From: a bacterium
GTDB lineage: Bacteria > UBA10199 > 2-02-FULL-44-16 > DYJF01
Direction: 5' to 3'
Assembly (NCBI GenBank): GCA_041739675.1
Contig: JBGSNL010000071.1
Coordinates: 1-10,596 of the forward strand
DNA length: 10,596 nucleotides
The position numbers were made by a program, and so were the translations under genes. Below, in pieces: positions 1 through 7,786 of this stretch (position 1 is the first letter of the stretch; the number at the start of each line of letters is the position of its first letter). The notes below the pieces were generated by a model, which saw only the letters and a program-made list of their open reading frames with translations, was not told where the DNA came from and ran no database searches.

Positions 1-1083
1 CATCATGTGGCGCATGATGGGGTAGTCGTCCACGATGCCTGCCGCTCCCAGCATTTCTCTTGCGATGCGCGTGCACTCGCGCGCGACCCAGACGTTGTTT
101 CTCTTGGCCATCGAGACCTGCTGGTGCTTCATATTCTCGGCGTCTTTGAGGCGGCCCAGCTGCAAAGCGAGGAGCTGGCCCTTCGTGATTTCCGTCAACA
201 TCCAGACGAGTTTTTCCTGCTGGATCTGGTAGCGCGCGATGGGGCTTCCAAACTGCAATCTTTCGCCCGCGTATTTGAGGGCCGTTTCGTAGCAGTTCAT
301 CGCGGCGCCCAAAGCGCCCCATGAGATTCCGTAGCGGGCCTGATTTAAGCACCCCAAAGGACAGGCAAGACCCTTTGTGCCGGGAAGATAATGGGTGTCG
401 TTGTCAATTTCGACATCGTCGAAGATAAGCTCGGAGGTGACGGACGCCCTTAGCGACCACTTGCCCTTCGTTTCAGGCGCGGAAAAGCCCTTCATACCTT
501 TTTCGACCAAAAAACCGCGGATGACATTTTCGTCGTCCTTCGCCCAGACTACCGCACAGTCTGCGATGGTTCCGTTCGTGATCCACATCTTTCTGCCGTT
601 GATGACCCACTTATTTCCCTTTTTGTGCGCGCGCGTGAGCATCGAGCCCGGATCGGAGCCGTGGTCGGGTTCGGTTAAGCCAAAGCAGCCGATTTTTTCG
701 CCCTTTGCCATCTTAGGGAGCCAGAATTTTTTCTGCTGCTCCGAGCCCCAGCGCCAGATGGGATACATGACAAGGCTTCCCTGCACGGAACACATGGAGC
801 GCACACCCGAATCGCCGCGCTCCAACTCTTGAAGGGCCAGGCCGTATGCGACGTTGTTCAAACCCGCGCAGCCGTATTCCTGCGGGAGATTAGCGCCGAA
901 ATAGCCCAGCTCCGCGATTTTAGAGATCAGATGTTTTGGAAATTCCGCCTTGCGGTGCGCCTCGGTGATGACCGGCATCACTTCGTTATCTACAAAATCG
1001 CGCGTCGCATTTTGGATCATCAACTCTTCTTCGGATAAAAGCCCGCTCATCGCGTAATAATCGGTGCAGTTCATCTTGCCCAT
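1..1083 (-). CDS. gcdH: Glutaryl-CoA dehydrogenase (acyl-CoA dehydrogenase family), 3'-truncated by the window edge, 361 codons visible
   Basis: Not in the ORF track because there is no stop in the window. Manual translation from ATG 1083: MGKMNCTDYYAMSGLLSEEELMIQNATRDFVDNEVMP...QELERGDSGVRSMCSVQGSLVMYPI...IGCFGLTEPDHGSDPGSM...NGRKMWITNG...KWSLRASVTSEL...LNQARYGISWG...AKRNN...AREMLGAAGIVDDYPIMRHMM. These are GCDH-type signatures. SD AAGGAGG lies just upstream of the ATG. Confidence 0.9.
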   Translation of the reverse strand, partial: MGKMNCTDYYAMSGLLSEEELMIQNATRDFVDNEVMPVITEAHRKAEFPKHLISKIAELGYFGANLPQEYGCAGLNNVAYGLALQELERGDSGVRSMCSVQGSLVMYPIWRWGSEQQKKFWLPKMAKGEKIGCFGLTEPDHGSDPGSMLTRAHKKGNKWVINGRKMWITNGTIADCAVVWAKDDENVIRGFLVEKGMKGFSAPETKGKWSLRASVTSELIFDDVEIDNDTHYLPGTKGLACPLGCLNQARYGISWGALGAAMNCYETALKYAGERLQFGSPIARYQIQQEKLVWMLTEITKGQLLALQLGRLKDAENMKHQQVSMAKRNNVWVARECTRIAREMLGAAGIVDDYPIMRHMM

Positions 1084-1118
1084 AAGGCCTCCTTGCCCAC
1101 CGGCGGTAGAGTGGCGGG

Positions 1119-2438
1119 CTATTTCAATTGAGACACAATTTTTGCTCCGGCATCGAACGCCCTGACGTTTTCGTCGCGGATCTTCTCCTTTGGGATCGCA
1201 TCAAGTACCGCCTTGAACGCGGCGGGATCGATCGCTTTTGAAAGATGAAGCAGGAGTGAAATCGCGGCGGTCATGATATTTGCCTTTGAAAGTCCCAAGG
1301 TTCTGTCCTGAGTGTCGATATCATAAACTCTGGCTTCTGTTTCGAGGTGAACGTCTTTTGTTTTGATGACGATGTCTTTTTCGGTCAGAAGTTCCAGCGT
1401 CTTTTTGACCACTTGCAGCCCGTCACTCGATACGATGAGCATGGCGCTTGGCTCGTCTATTCCGGCGTAATGGATCTCATGGGGAGAGAGCTTGATCTCG
1501 GAGACCGAATGGCCGGTCTGGACCGTCACGGGGTAGTCGTCCTGCTGTGTGGCGTAAAGACCGCAGTTTAGCCCCGCGCGCGCCAGGTTCGTTGCCGCGG
1601 AGACGATCTTCATGCCCGCGCTTCCCGCCAGCACTACCGAATAATATCCCTCTTTGATATTGGAGCTGAATTTCGCTTCCAACCCCTTTGGGGGTTTTGA
1701 AGGTTGTTTCTCAGGCGGCCACGCCATCCTCAAACCTTTTGAATATTCCGTGAGTTTTTCGTCCTTTAAGACGCCAAGCTTCAGACCATTATCCGCCACC
1801 ATCTTTTCCAGATTAGATTTCTTGAACTCATTTAACGGCATGAAGTAAGCGGTGCATATTTCAAGGATGTCGATAAAGGCAAAGCCGTCGTGACGAAACG
1901 CCTCGGCCAATGTGTCAGACAAGTCCTTGTCGAAGGCGGTCTTTCTCGCAACGAACGTGGCGTTTGAGGCGAGAGTGAGGTTGCAAAGATCGAACGGCCG
2001 CTCGATATTTCCTTCCGGCGTTGTGTGGGTTTTTCCCTGCGTGGGTGTCGTTACCGAGTGCTCGCCGCCGGTCATTCCAAAGTTGAAGTTGTTAAAGCAG
2101 ATGACCTTGATGCCGATGTTTCTGCGGGCGGCGTTTATAAGATGATTTCCGCCGATGCCGCAGCCGCCGTCTCCCACAAGCACGAAAACCTGAAGTTCCG
2201 GATTGGCGAGTTTCACGCCGCACGCGTAGGTGAACGAGCGGCCGTGAAGACCGTGAAAGGTATGCACGTCAAAATATTTGTCGGCCAAACCCACGCATCC
2301 TATGTCCGAGACAAGAACCGTGCGCTTTGGATCTGCGCCTGTTTTTTCAAGGGCATCGCCTATTGCGTCCAGAATCGTGCCGTGAGTGCAGCCGGGGCAG
2401 AACGGATAAGGTTTTCTATCTGGATTGACGTATTTCAT
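1119..2438 (-). CDS. 2-oxoacid:ferredoxin oxidoreductase, fused beta (TPP/[4Fe-4S]) and gamma domains, 439 aa
   Basis: N-terminal FCPGC (C14, C17), SDIGC (C48), HGLHGR, GDG...NN TPP motif, FGMTGG and C195 mark a beta subunit. After a Pro-rich linker (WPPEKQPSKPPK), residues ~265-439 (VVLAGSAGMKIVSAA...ATQQDDYPVTVQTGHSVSEIKLS...ENVRAFDAG) resemble the gamma subunit. The start overlaps the alpha stop (TAATG at 2436-2440). Confidence 0.9.
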   Translation of the reverse strand: MKYVNPDRKPYPFCPGCTHGTILDAIGDALEKTGADPKRTVLVSDIGCVGLADKYFDVHTFHGLHGRSFTYACGVKLANPELQVFVLVGDGGCGIGGNHLINAARRNIGIKVICFNNFNFGMTGGEHSVTTPTQGKTHTTPEGNIERPFDLCNLTLASNATFVARKTAFDKDLSDTLAEAFRHDGFAFIDILEICTAYFMPLNEFKKSNLEKMVADNGLKLGVLKDEKLTEYSKGLRMAWPPEKQPSKPPKGLEAKFSSNIKEGYYSVVLAGSAGMKIVSAATNLARAGLNCGLYATQQDDYPVTVQTGHSVSEIKLSPHEIHYAGIDEPSAMLIVSSDGLQVVKKTLELLTEKDIVIKTKDVHLETEARVYDIDTQDRTLGLSKANIMTAAISLLLHLSKAIDPAAFKAVLDAIPKEKIRDENVRAFDAGAKIVSQLK

Positions 2439-3547
2439 TATATTTTTTCGATAATCGTTTCGGGTGAAATGAGCTTCCCGTCAACGCGGTTAACCGCTTC
2501 CACCATCTTGTCCGGGAAGATCCTTTCAATTTCCAAGACGTATTGTCCGAGATTCAACTCCGGCACTATTATTTTTTTATGATTACCTACGAGACGCACT
2601 AGAGATTTTTCAGGAATCGGCCATATCGATTTCACGATGATGAGCGAGACCTTGCCGCCGCCTTTTCTCACCTCGTTCACGACATCGCGGGATGCGCGCC
2701 CCATCGAACCGTATGCTATAATGACGGCGTCTGCCCCGTTATCGAGATCGGTGTCGATGCGTTCGATCTCATCCGCATGACTCATGATCTTTTCGTTCAG
2801 ATGGAGAAGGGCGGGGCCGGCGACGTCGGGGTCTTTTGACAACATCCCCGCCTTGTTGTGAGTTGATGTGTTGATGCGCGTCAGAATGTCACCGCCGATC
2901 GGCGCGAAGGGCGGGACGTCTGAGAGCTCCTTGTAATTATAGGGAAGAAAGTTCGCCGCGTCGGTTGCCATTTTTCTCGAAACGGGCGCAGGTTTTTTAT
3001 ATTTTGCGATGTTTGCAGTGGAGCGGTTCATCACGAGATCCTTGCATGTCGATAAGACAACCGGAGTTCTGAACCTTTCGGCCAAATTGAAGGCCTCGAT
3101 TGTGAGCTCGTAGGCCTCTTCCACCGTGGTTGGAGAAAGGACGATCATGGGATATCCGCCGGATGTGACCCATCTTGCAAACTGGATGTCCCCCTCGGCG
3201 TTGGTCGTGGCCCCTCCGGTGGCGGGCCCCATGCGCTGAACGTTGATAATGACCATCGGGAGCTCGGCCATCTGCGCAAAACCTATATTTTCGGAGTATA
3301 GAGAGATACCTGGCCCGGAAGTGGCGGTCATGGGTTTCATTCCCGCCGACGATGCGCCGATACAAAAGCCTATCGATGCGATCTCGTCTTCGCCCTGCAC
3401 AATAACGCCTTGCGCCTTGGGCATCGAGCGGACAAGCGAGAGTAATATTCCGGTCGCCGGCGTGATTGGATAGCCCGCAAAAAAGTTGCAACCGGCATCG
3501 ATCGCCGCCCTTGCAATTACCTCTGCCCCTGTGACAAATTCTAGCAT
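2438..3547 (-). CDS. 2-oxoacid:ferredoxin oxidoreductase alpha subunit (KorA/VorA-like), 369 aa
   Basis: FFAGYPITP, QGEDEIASIG, TATSGPGISL, ELPMVIINVQRMGPATG, EAFNLAERFRTPV, and a C-terminal transketolase-C-like domain (IIAYGS...WPIP...ELNLGQ). Confidence 0.93.
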   Translation of the reverse strand: MLEFVTGAEVIARAAIDAGCNFFAGYPITPATGILLSLVRSMPKAQGVIVQGEDEIASIGFCIGASSAGMKPMTATSGPGISLYSENIGFAQMAELPMVIINVQRMGPATGGATTNAEGDIQFARWVTSGGYPMIVLSPTTVEEAYELTIEAFNLAERFRTPVVLSTCKDLVMNRSTANIAKYKKPAPVSRKMATDAANFLPYNYKELSDVPPFAPIGGDILTRINTSTHNKAGMLSKDPDVAGPALLHLNEKIMSHADEIERIDTDLDNGADAVIIAYGSMGRASRDVVNEVRKGGGKVSLIIVKSIWPIPEKSLVRLVGNHKKIIVPELNLGQYVLEIERIFPDKMVEAVNRVDGKLISPETIIEKI

Positions 3548-3643
3548 GATTACAGATAGTTAGATGTTTTTTAAATCCCCTCGAATTGGAGCTTTGTTAA
3601 ATCAAAACTGCCGTGATAAAGCAAGGGGGAAAAGGGGTATATA

Positions 3644-4078
3644 ATGAAGGGGATAACGGTAAAAGTGGCGGTCGGGCCCTCTGAACGGGAGATGGCATTT
3701 AAAGTCCGCGAGACCGTCTTTATTGACGAGCAAAAGGTCTCCCGCAGGGAGGAGATGGACGAATTTGAAGATAAGGCCACGCACATCGTTGCCTATTATA
3801 ATGACGAGATCGCCGGCTGCGCGCGCATAAGATTTCTGGAAAATAGATCGAAACTTGAACGAATCGCCGTTCTTCCCGAATTTCGCAAAAAAGGAGTGGG
3901 CAGAAAGATCGTCGAGTTTCTGGTCGATTATTCAAAAAAGATGGGTGCAGAAGAGGCCGTCATGCACGCACAGATCAATGCGAACGATTTTTATATGAAA
4001 TGCGGTTTTCTTCCCCGTGGCGAAGAGTTCATGGAAGCCGACATAAGACATGTCGAGATGTACATGAAATTGAAGTGA
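3644..4078 (+). CDS. GNAT-family N-acetyltransferase (YjcF/ElaA-like), 144 aa
   Basis: VRETVFIDEQ, EMDEFE, acetyl-CoA motif A KLERIAVLPEFRKKGVGRKIV, HAQ...FYMKCGF, FMEADIRHVEM. Purine-rich SD (AAGGGG) upstream. Confidence 0.92.
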   Translation: MKGITVKVAVGPSEREMAFKVRETVFIDEQKVSRREEMDEFEDKATHIVAYYNDEIAGCARIRFLENRSKLERIAVLPEFRKKGVGRKIVEFLVDYSKKMGAEEAVMHAQINANDFYMKCGFLPRGEEFMEADIRHVEMYMKLK

Positions 4079-4090
4079 GCGAGGTCTTAA

Positions 4091-4498
4091 ATGAAAAGAG
4101 AAAAACAGATCATCATGGTCGAGGCGATCGGTTTTTTCATTGTAGTCATTGCCGTCTGGTTCAACGAGTTTTACGATCTGCCGCATTACCTTTTCGGCAT
4201 GCCGCTCGAACGTTTCAATTACCACGAGGCGGGTTTCGAAAGCGTATTCGTCCTGGTTCTCGCCGCCGTCATAATCGCCGTGACAAGGCGCCTCATAAGA
4301 AGAGTGGAACAGTTGGAGGCCTTTTTGCCCATCTGTTCTTTCTGCAAAAAGATAAGAAAGGTCGGCGCCGATCCTTTCAAGCAGGATTCATGGGTTCAAC
4401 TTGAGCTCTACATTGAAGCTAAGACCGGTTCCGAATTTTCCCACGGCCTGTGCCCTGAATGCGCCGAGAAACATTACGGAAAATACGGAAAACCTTGA
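4091..4498 (+). CDS. Small membrane protein (2 predicted TM helices) with a C-terminal LPICxxCKKIR...SHGxCPxC putative metal-binding domain, 135 aa
   Basis: Hydrophobic segments IIMVEAIGFFIVVIAVWF and FESVFVLVLAAVIIAV. Tail LPICSFCKKIR...WVQLELYI...FSHGLCPECAEKHY. SD GAGG upstream; starts 12 bp after the GNAT stop. Confidence 0.85.
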   Translation: MKREKQIIMVEAIGFFIVVIAVWFNEFYDLPHYLFGMPLERFNYHEAGFESVFVLVLAAVIIAVTRRLIRRVEQLEAFLPICSFCKKIRKVGADPFKQDSWVQLELYIEAKTGSEFSHGLCPECAEKHYGKYGKP

Positions 4499-4527
4499 AC
4501 GGCTTGCACCTTCTTGCCGGGCGCCCG

Positions 4528-4941
4528 CTAATATACAAATTTCGTTTCCACCTTTATGTCGGGATGGAGACTCTGTTTTACGGGACACATAGTGACCGTA
4601 TTCTCCAGTTTTTTTCTGTCCTGGTCTGAAAGCTTCAGGCTCTTTGGAAAGGTGATCGTCGTTTTCAGATTTTCGATCCTGCGCAACGGGGCTGCCGCCA
4701 TCTCCTTGGTGACGCTTATTTTGGTTCCCTTCAGGTCTATTCCGCCTCTCTCAGCGACAAGGCCCATTATCGTCATGATGCACGAGCCGAAAGCCGCGGC
4801 GACGAGATCCGTGGGCGAAAAAAATTCCCCCTTGCCGCCGTTGTCGGTAGGTGCGTCCGTTTCCAAAGTCATTCTCGACGGGCAGTGGGTCGACGTGCAG
4901 CGAAGATTTCCCTTGTACTCGACATTGATCTCTACCGACAT
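4528..4941 (-). CDS. OsmC/Ohr-family protein (YhfA-like), 137 aa
   Basis: TDAPTDNGGKGEFFSPTDLVAAAFGSC and MCPVKQSL carry the two conserved family cysteines. SD AAAGGAGG lies in the 14-bp gap after lysAC. Confidence 0.92.
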   Translation of the reverse strand: MSVEINVEYKGNLRCTSTHCPSRMTLETDAPTDNGGKGEFFSPTDLVAAAFGSCIMTIMGLVAERGGIDLKGTKISVTKEMAAAPLRRIENLKTTITFPKSLKLSDQDRKKLENTVTMCPVKQSLHPDIKVETKFVY

Positions 4942-4955
4942 AGGGCCTCCTTTGT

Positions 4956-7547
4956 TTATTTTGATTTAAGAAAGTACTCTTCAGCAGGCGCTCTCATGTT
5001 GTAGTTCGAGCTCATCACGCGCCCGTATGCGCCTGCATTTCCGATGAGAAGGATGTCTCCTTCGCAAGGGGAGGCGAGAAGGCGCTCGTGGCCCAGGATG
5101 TCCCCCGACTCGCAGATAGGGCCGACGACGGAGGCAAGGTGCGCCGCTTGATCGCCCATGCGCGAAAGATTCACGATCTCATGGTACGAGCCGTAGAGCG
5201 CGGGCCTGATGAGAGTGTTCATGCCCGCATCCACGCCGACATAGTTGTACTCTCTCTTCTGCTTTAGTTGTGTGACTCGCGCAAGAATTATCCCCGCCTC
5301 CGCTATCAGGAATCTGCCCGGCTCGATCCATAGCTCATAGTTCGGATGGGCGTTTTTCACTTTTTTCAGATTTTCTTCAAGCGCGGCCATATCGAGGCCG
5401 GCATGGCTCGTCGTTTCGGGAACACCGAAACCGCCGCCGGCGTCAATGATCTTCACGTCGGGGAAACGTTTTGCGACGGACACAAGAAAGAGGGCGGTCT
5501 GGCTCCAGGTGTCGGGGGTTAAAATATTGGAGCCGACGTGTGCGTGGAGACCCTTGACCTTCGCGCCGCATTTTTTCAAGATGGATTCGATCTCGGGGAG
5601 CTGAGTCTCGATTATGCCGAATTTCGATTTTGAACCCGCGGTGCGCACATATTTGTGATGTCCGTCGCCTTTTTCAGGATCGATCCTTAAAAAGATTTCC
5701 TTGTTTTTGAAGATCTCTGGCCAGTTGACTATGGGGTATGTGTTATCTAGCGTAACCTGAACTCCCAGCTCAAACCCCTTCACATATTCGCTTTTTGGCG
5801 CGAAGTTGGGCGTGAATAGAATCCTTCCCCTCTCGATTTTGGGGAAAAGTTTGAGGACGTGGTTCACTTCACCCAGAGATACGCACTCAAAATTCAGGCC
5901 GGCCTTAAAAACCGCTTTCAGGATGTCGGGGTTCGAATTGGCCTTTACGGCGTAGAAAATCCGGTCCACCGATTTCAAAGATTTCAGCTTCACGATCGAA
6001 TTTTCAATTGTCTCTTCGTCGTAGACATAAAGCGGTGTTTTGTCTTTTGCGATTTTTAAAAGCTCGTTTCTCTTCTTGTTCCACCAGGGCAGGCTGGCCT
6101 TTTTTTCCGCCGGTTTTATGTTGAGCTCGTGCCATGTAGGCCCCAAAAGGGCGTCGTTTTTCCTCCCTTTGAAAAGTTGGCCGTGCAGCTGGCTCACAAG
6201 TCTTTGAGCCTCCTCCTCTTCCACGACGAAGGTCAGGTTCAAATCGTTTGCAGCCTGGGAGATGAGATATATCTTCTGCTCTTCGAATACTTCAAGGGCC
6301 GGCGTGAGCAGGTGAAGTATCGATCTTATGTTCTTTCCCAGAAGGCTCACGAGCGCGCACGAATCGATGACACGGACACGGCAGAATTCCGAAAGGTCCG
6401 AAGTTAGCGCGCTTAAACGCTCTTCATCGAGGAGATTCGCGCTGTGATCGAGCGTTACCGTGATATTTGTCTCAGAGGTGGAGACAAGATCGATCGAAAG
6501 GCCGTGCTTTTTGAAACATGAAAAGACGTCGGCCAAAAAACCAACCTGCTGCCACATGTCAACGGTGTCCATAGAGACGAGCGTGATGCCCTGCTTCGAG
6601 GAGATCGCCTTTACCTGCGCCCCTTTGTCGCCCGATTCGCTTCTGATCACGGTGCCTCTAACATCGGGATGGGCGGTGCTGTATATGTGGAGAGGAATCT
6701 TGTGTCTTTTGACGGGCGCAATGGTGCGCGGATGCAAAACCTTTGCGCCGGCCGAAGCTATCTCCTGAGCTTCGTCGTAATCCAAAACCTTCAGGAGTCG
6801 CGCCGACGGAATCTTTTGCGGATTTGCGGTGTACATGCCGGGGACGTCGGTCCAGATCTCAAGTCTTTCAGCGGAAAGTTTTGCCGCAAAATACGCGGCT
6901 GATGCGTCAGAGCCGCCCCTTCCCAGAAGGACGGTTTCGCCGCCTTTATTTCGTGCGATGAATCCCTGCGTGACGATTACCGGCGCCTTCATGCTATCGA
7001 AGCGTTTGAGAAGTTCGTCGTCTTTTTCGATATCGCAGACGGCCGATAGATAGGATTGTTTTTCGGCGAGATGGGCGATCTCCATTGAAGTCAGGTGCTC
7101 GCGCGCATCGCACCATGTTGTCGGAATGCCGCGCGCCGAGAGATAGGCCGCACCAAGTTTTGTAGACAAAAGTTCGCCGTACGAGAGCGCTTTTGCGCGG
7201 ACGCGCGGGGAGATTTCGCGGACCAACGACGCTCCGATAGCCAACTGTTTTAACTCCTCTATCAGCGGGGCCGCCTCATCAAAAGAGACGCTCAACTCTT
7301 TCGCGTGGTCTCTATGGCGTTTGGCGATCTCCTCTACGATCCTTTCGGGTTTTCCGGTCATGGTTTGGTGAAGCAGCCCTTCCAGCTCGTCGGAGACGCC
7401 AGAAAGCGCAGAGCAGACGATCAGCACGCGAAATCCCTCGTTTCGCCTTTTCTCGACGATTTGGGCTATCGTCTCCCAGCGATCCCGCGAGGAAACGCTT
7501 GTGCCGCCGAATTTTAAGACGACCCATTTTGAACCGGCAACTGGCAT
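4956..7547 (-). CDS. lysAC: Bifunctional aspartate kinase / diaminopimelate decarboxylase, 863 aa
   Basis: N-terminal aspartate kinase (VLKFGGTSV, TQGFIA, LGRGGSDAS, WTDVPGMYTANP, GAKVLHP) with ACT-like region (VGFLADVF...IDLVSTSE). C-terminal PLP fold-III decarboxylase (FYAVKAN, SKFG, HAHVGS, AGGGFG, EPGRF, RPALY, GPICESGD, GAYGRVMSSNYN). SD GAAGGGGG upstream. Confidence 0.97.
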   Translation of the reverse strand: MPVAGSKWVVLKFGGTSVSSRDRWETIAQIVEKRRNEGFRVLIVCSALSGVSDELEGLLHQTMTGKPERIVEEIAKRHRDHAKELSVSFDEAAPLIEELKQLAIGASLVREISPRVRAKALSYGELLSTKLGAAYLSARGIPTTWCDAREHLTSMEIAHLAEKQSYLSAVCDIEKDDELLKRFDSMKAPVIVTQGFIARNKGGETVLLGRGGSDASAAYFAAKLSAERLEIWTDVPGMYTANPQKIPSARLLKVLDYDEAQEIASAGAKVLHPRTIAPVKRHKIPLHIYSTAHPDVRGTVIRSESGDKGAQVKAISSKQGITLVSMDTVDMWQQVGFLADVFSCFKKHGLSIDLVSTSETNITVTLDHSANLLDEERLSALTSDLSEFCRVRVIDSCALVSLLGKNIRSILHLLTPALEVFEEQKIYLISQAANDLNLTFVVEEEEAQRLVSQLHGQLFKGRKNDALLGPTWHELNIKPAEKKASLPWWNKKRNELLKIAKDKTPLYVYDEETIENSIVKLKSLKSVDRIFYAVKANSNPDILKAVFKAGLNFECVSLGEVNHVLKLFPKIERGRILFTPNFAPKSEYVKGFELGVQVTLDNTYPIVNWPEIFKNKEIFLRIDPEKGDGHHKYVRTAGSKSKFGIIETQLPEIESILKKCGAKVKGLHAHVGSNILTPDTWSQTALFLVSVAKRFPDVKIIDAGGGFGVPETTSHAGLDMAALEENLKKVKNAHPNYELWIEPGRFLIAEAGIILARVTQLKQKREYNYVGVDAGMNTLIRPALYGSYHEIVNLSRMGDQAAHLASVVGPICESGDILGHERLLASPCEGDILLIGNAGAYGRVMSSNYNMRAPAEEYFLKSK

Positions 7548-7747
7548 AATGCCCCCTTCAAAATCCTAAAAAACAAATAATTTCAAGAACTAAAAGATAT
7601 CTGAAGTGCGGCTGCCATCTCGAATATGGCGGCAGCAAAGGTGCGTTATGAGAAAAAAGAGCGCGGCGGCAATAACCCCTAGTGGATATTCCTCAATGAT
7701 TTCAGCCATTAATGAACGATAATATTTTCTCCCCAACATTCGGAAAG

Positions 7748-7756
7748 TGGTATAAT
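7748..7756 (+). promoter_or_regulatory. Extended -10 promoter element (TGnTATAAT)
   Basis: TGGTATAAT is a perfect extended -10 consensus, ending 30 nt before ATG 7787 and upstream of SD GGGAGG. Confidence 0.6.
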
Positions 7757-7786
7757 CAAGCCAAAAGAAAAATGTGGGAGGCGGTT

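Noticed and set aside
7..1038. Plus-strand ORFs 7-324, 35-232, 395-832 and 829-1038
   Set aside because: Antisense shadows of the minus-strand gcdH, which has clear family motifs.
1347..3491. Short alternative-frame and antisense ORFs inside the OFOR genes
   Set aside because: Fully overlap well-supported CDSs and show no recognisable motifs.
3593..3606. TTTGTTAAATCAAA as an FNR/CRP/Rex-like operator in the divergent intergenic region
   Set aside because: Contains one ATCAA half-site, but the spacing does not fit TTGAT-N4-ATCAA and the palindrome is imperfect in AT-rich DNA.
3640..3645. TATAAT near the GNAT start
   Set aside because: Overlaps the ATG itself, so it cannot serve as the -10 for that start.
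4499..4527. Bidirectional terminator between convergent genes; palindrome CGGGCGCCCG at 4518-4527
   Set aside because: Stems are short and there is no U-tract on either strand.
5859..7527. Small ORFs within lysAC
   Set aside because: Shadow frames of an 863-aa conserved gene.
7548..7745. Lysine riboswitch or Lys-codon attenuator upstream of lysAC
   Set aside because: I could not find the conserved lysine-riboswitch core on the coding (minus) strand, and there is no Lys-rich leader peptide. An Rfam scan would be decisive.
7712..7786. Longer 122-aa start for the secreted protein
   Set aside because: No SD at 7712, and the extension would cover the extended -10 and SD and bury the signal peptide.
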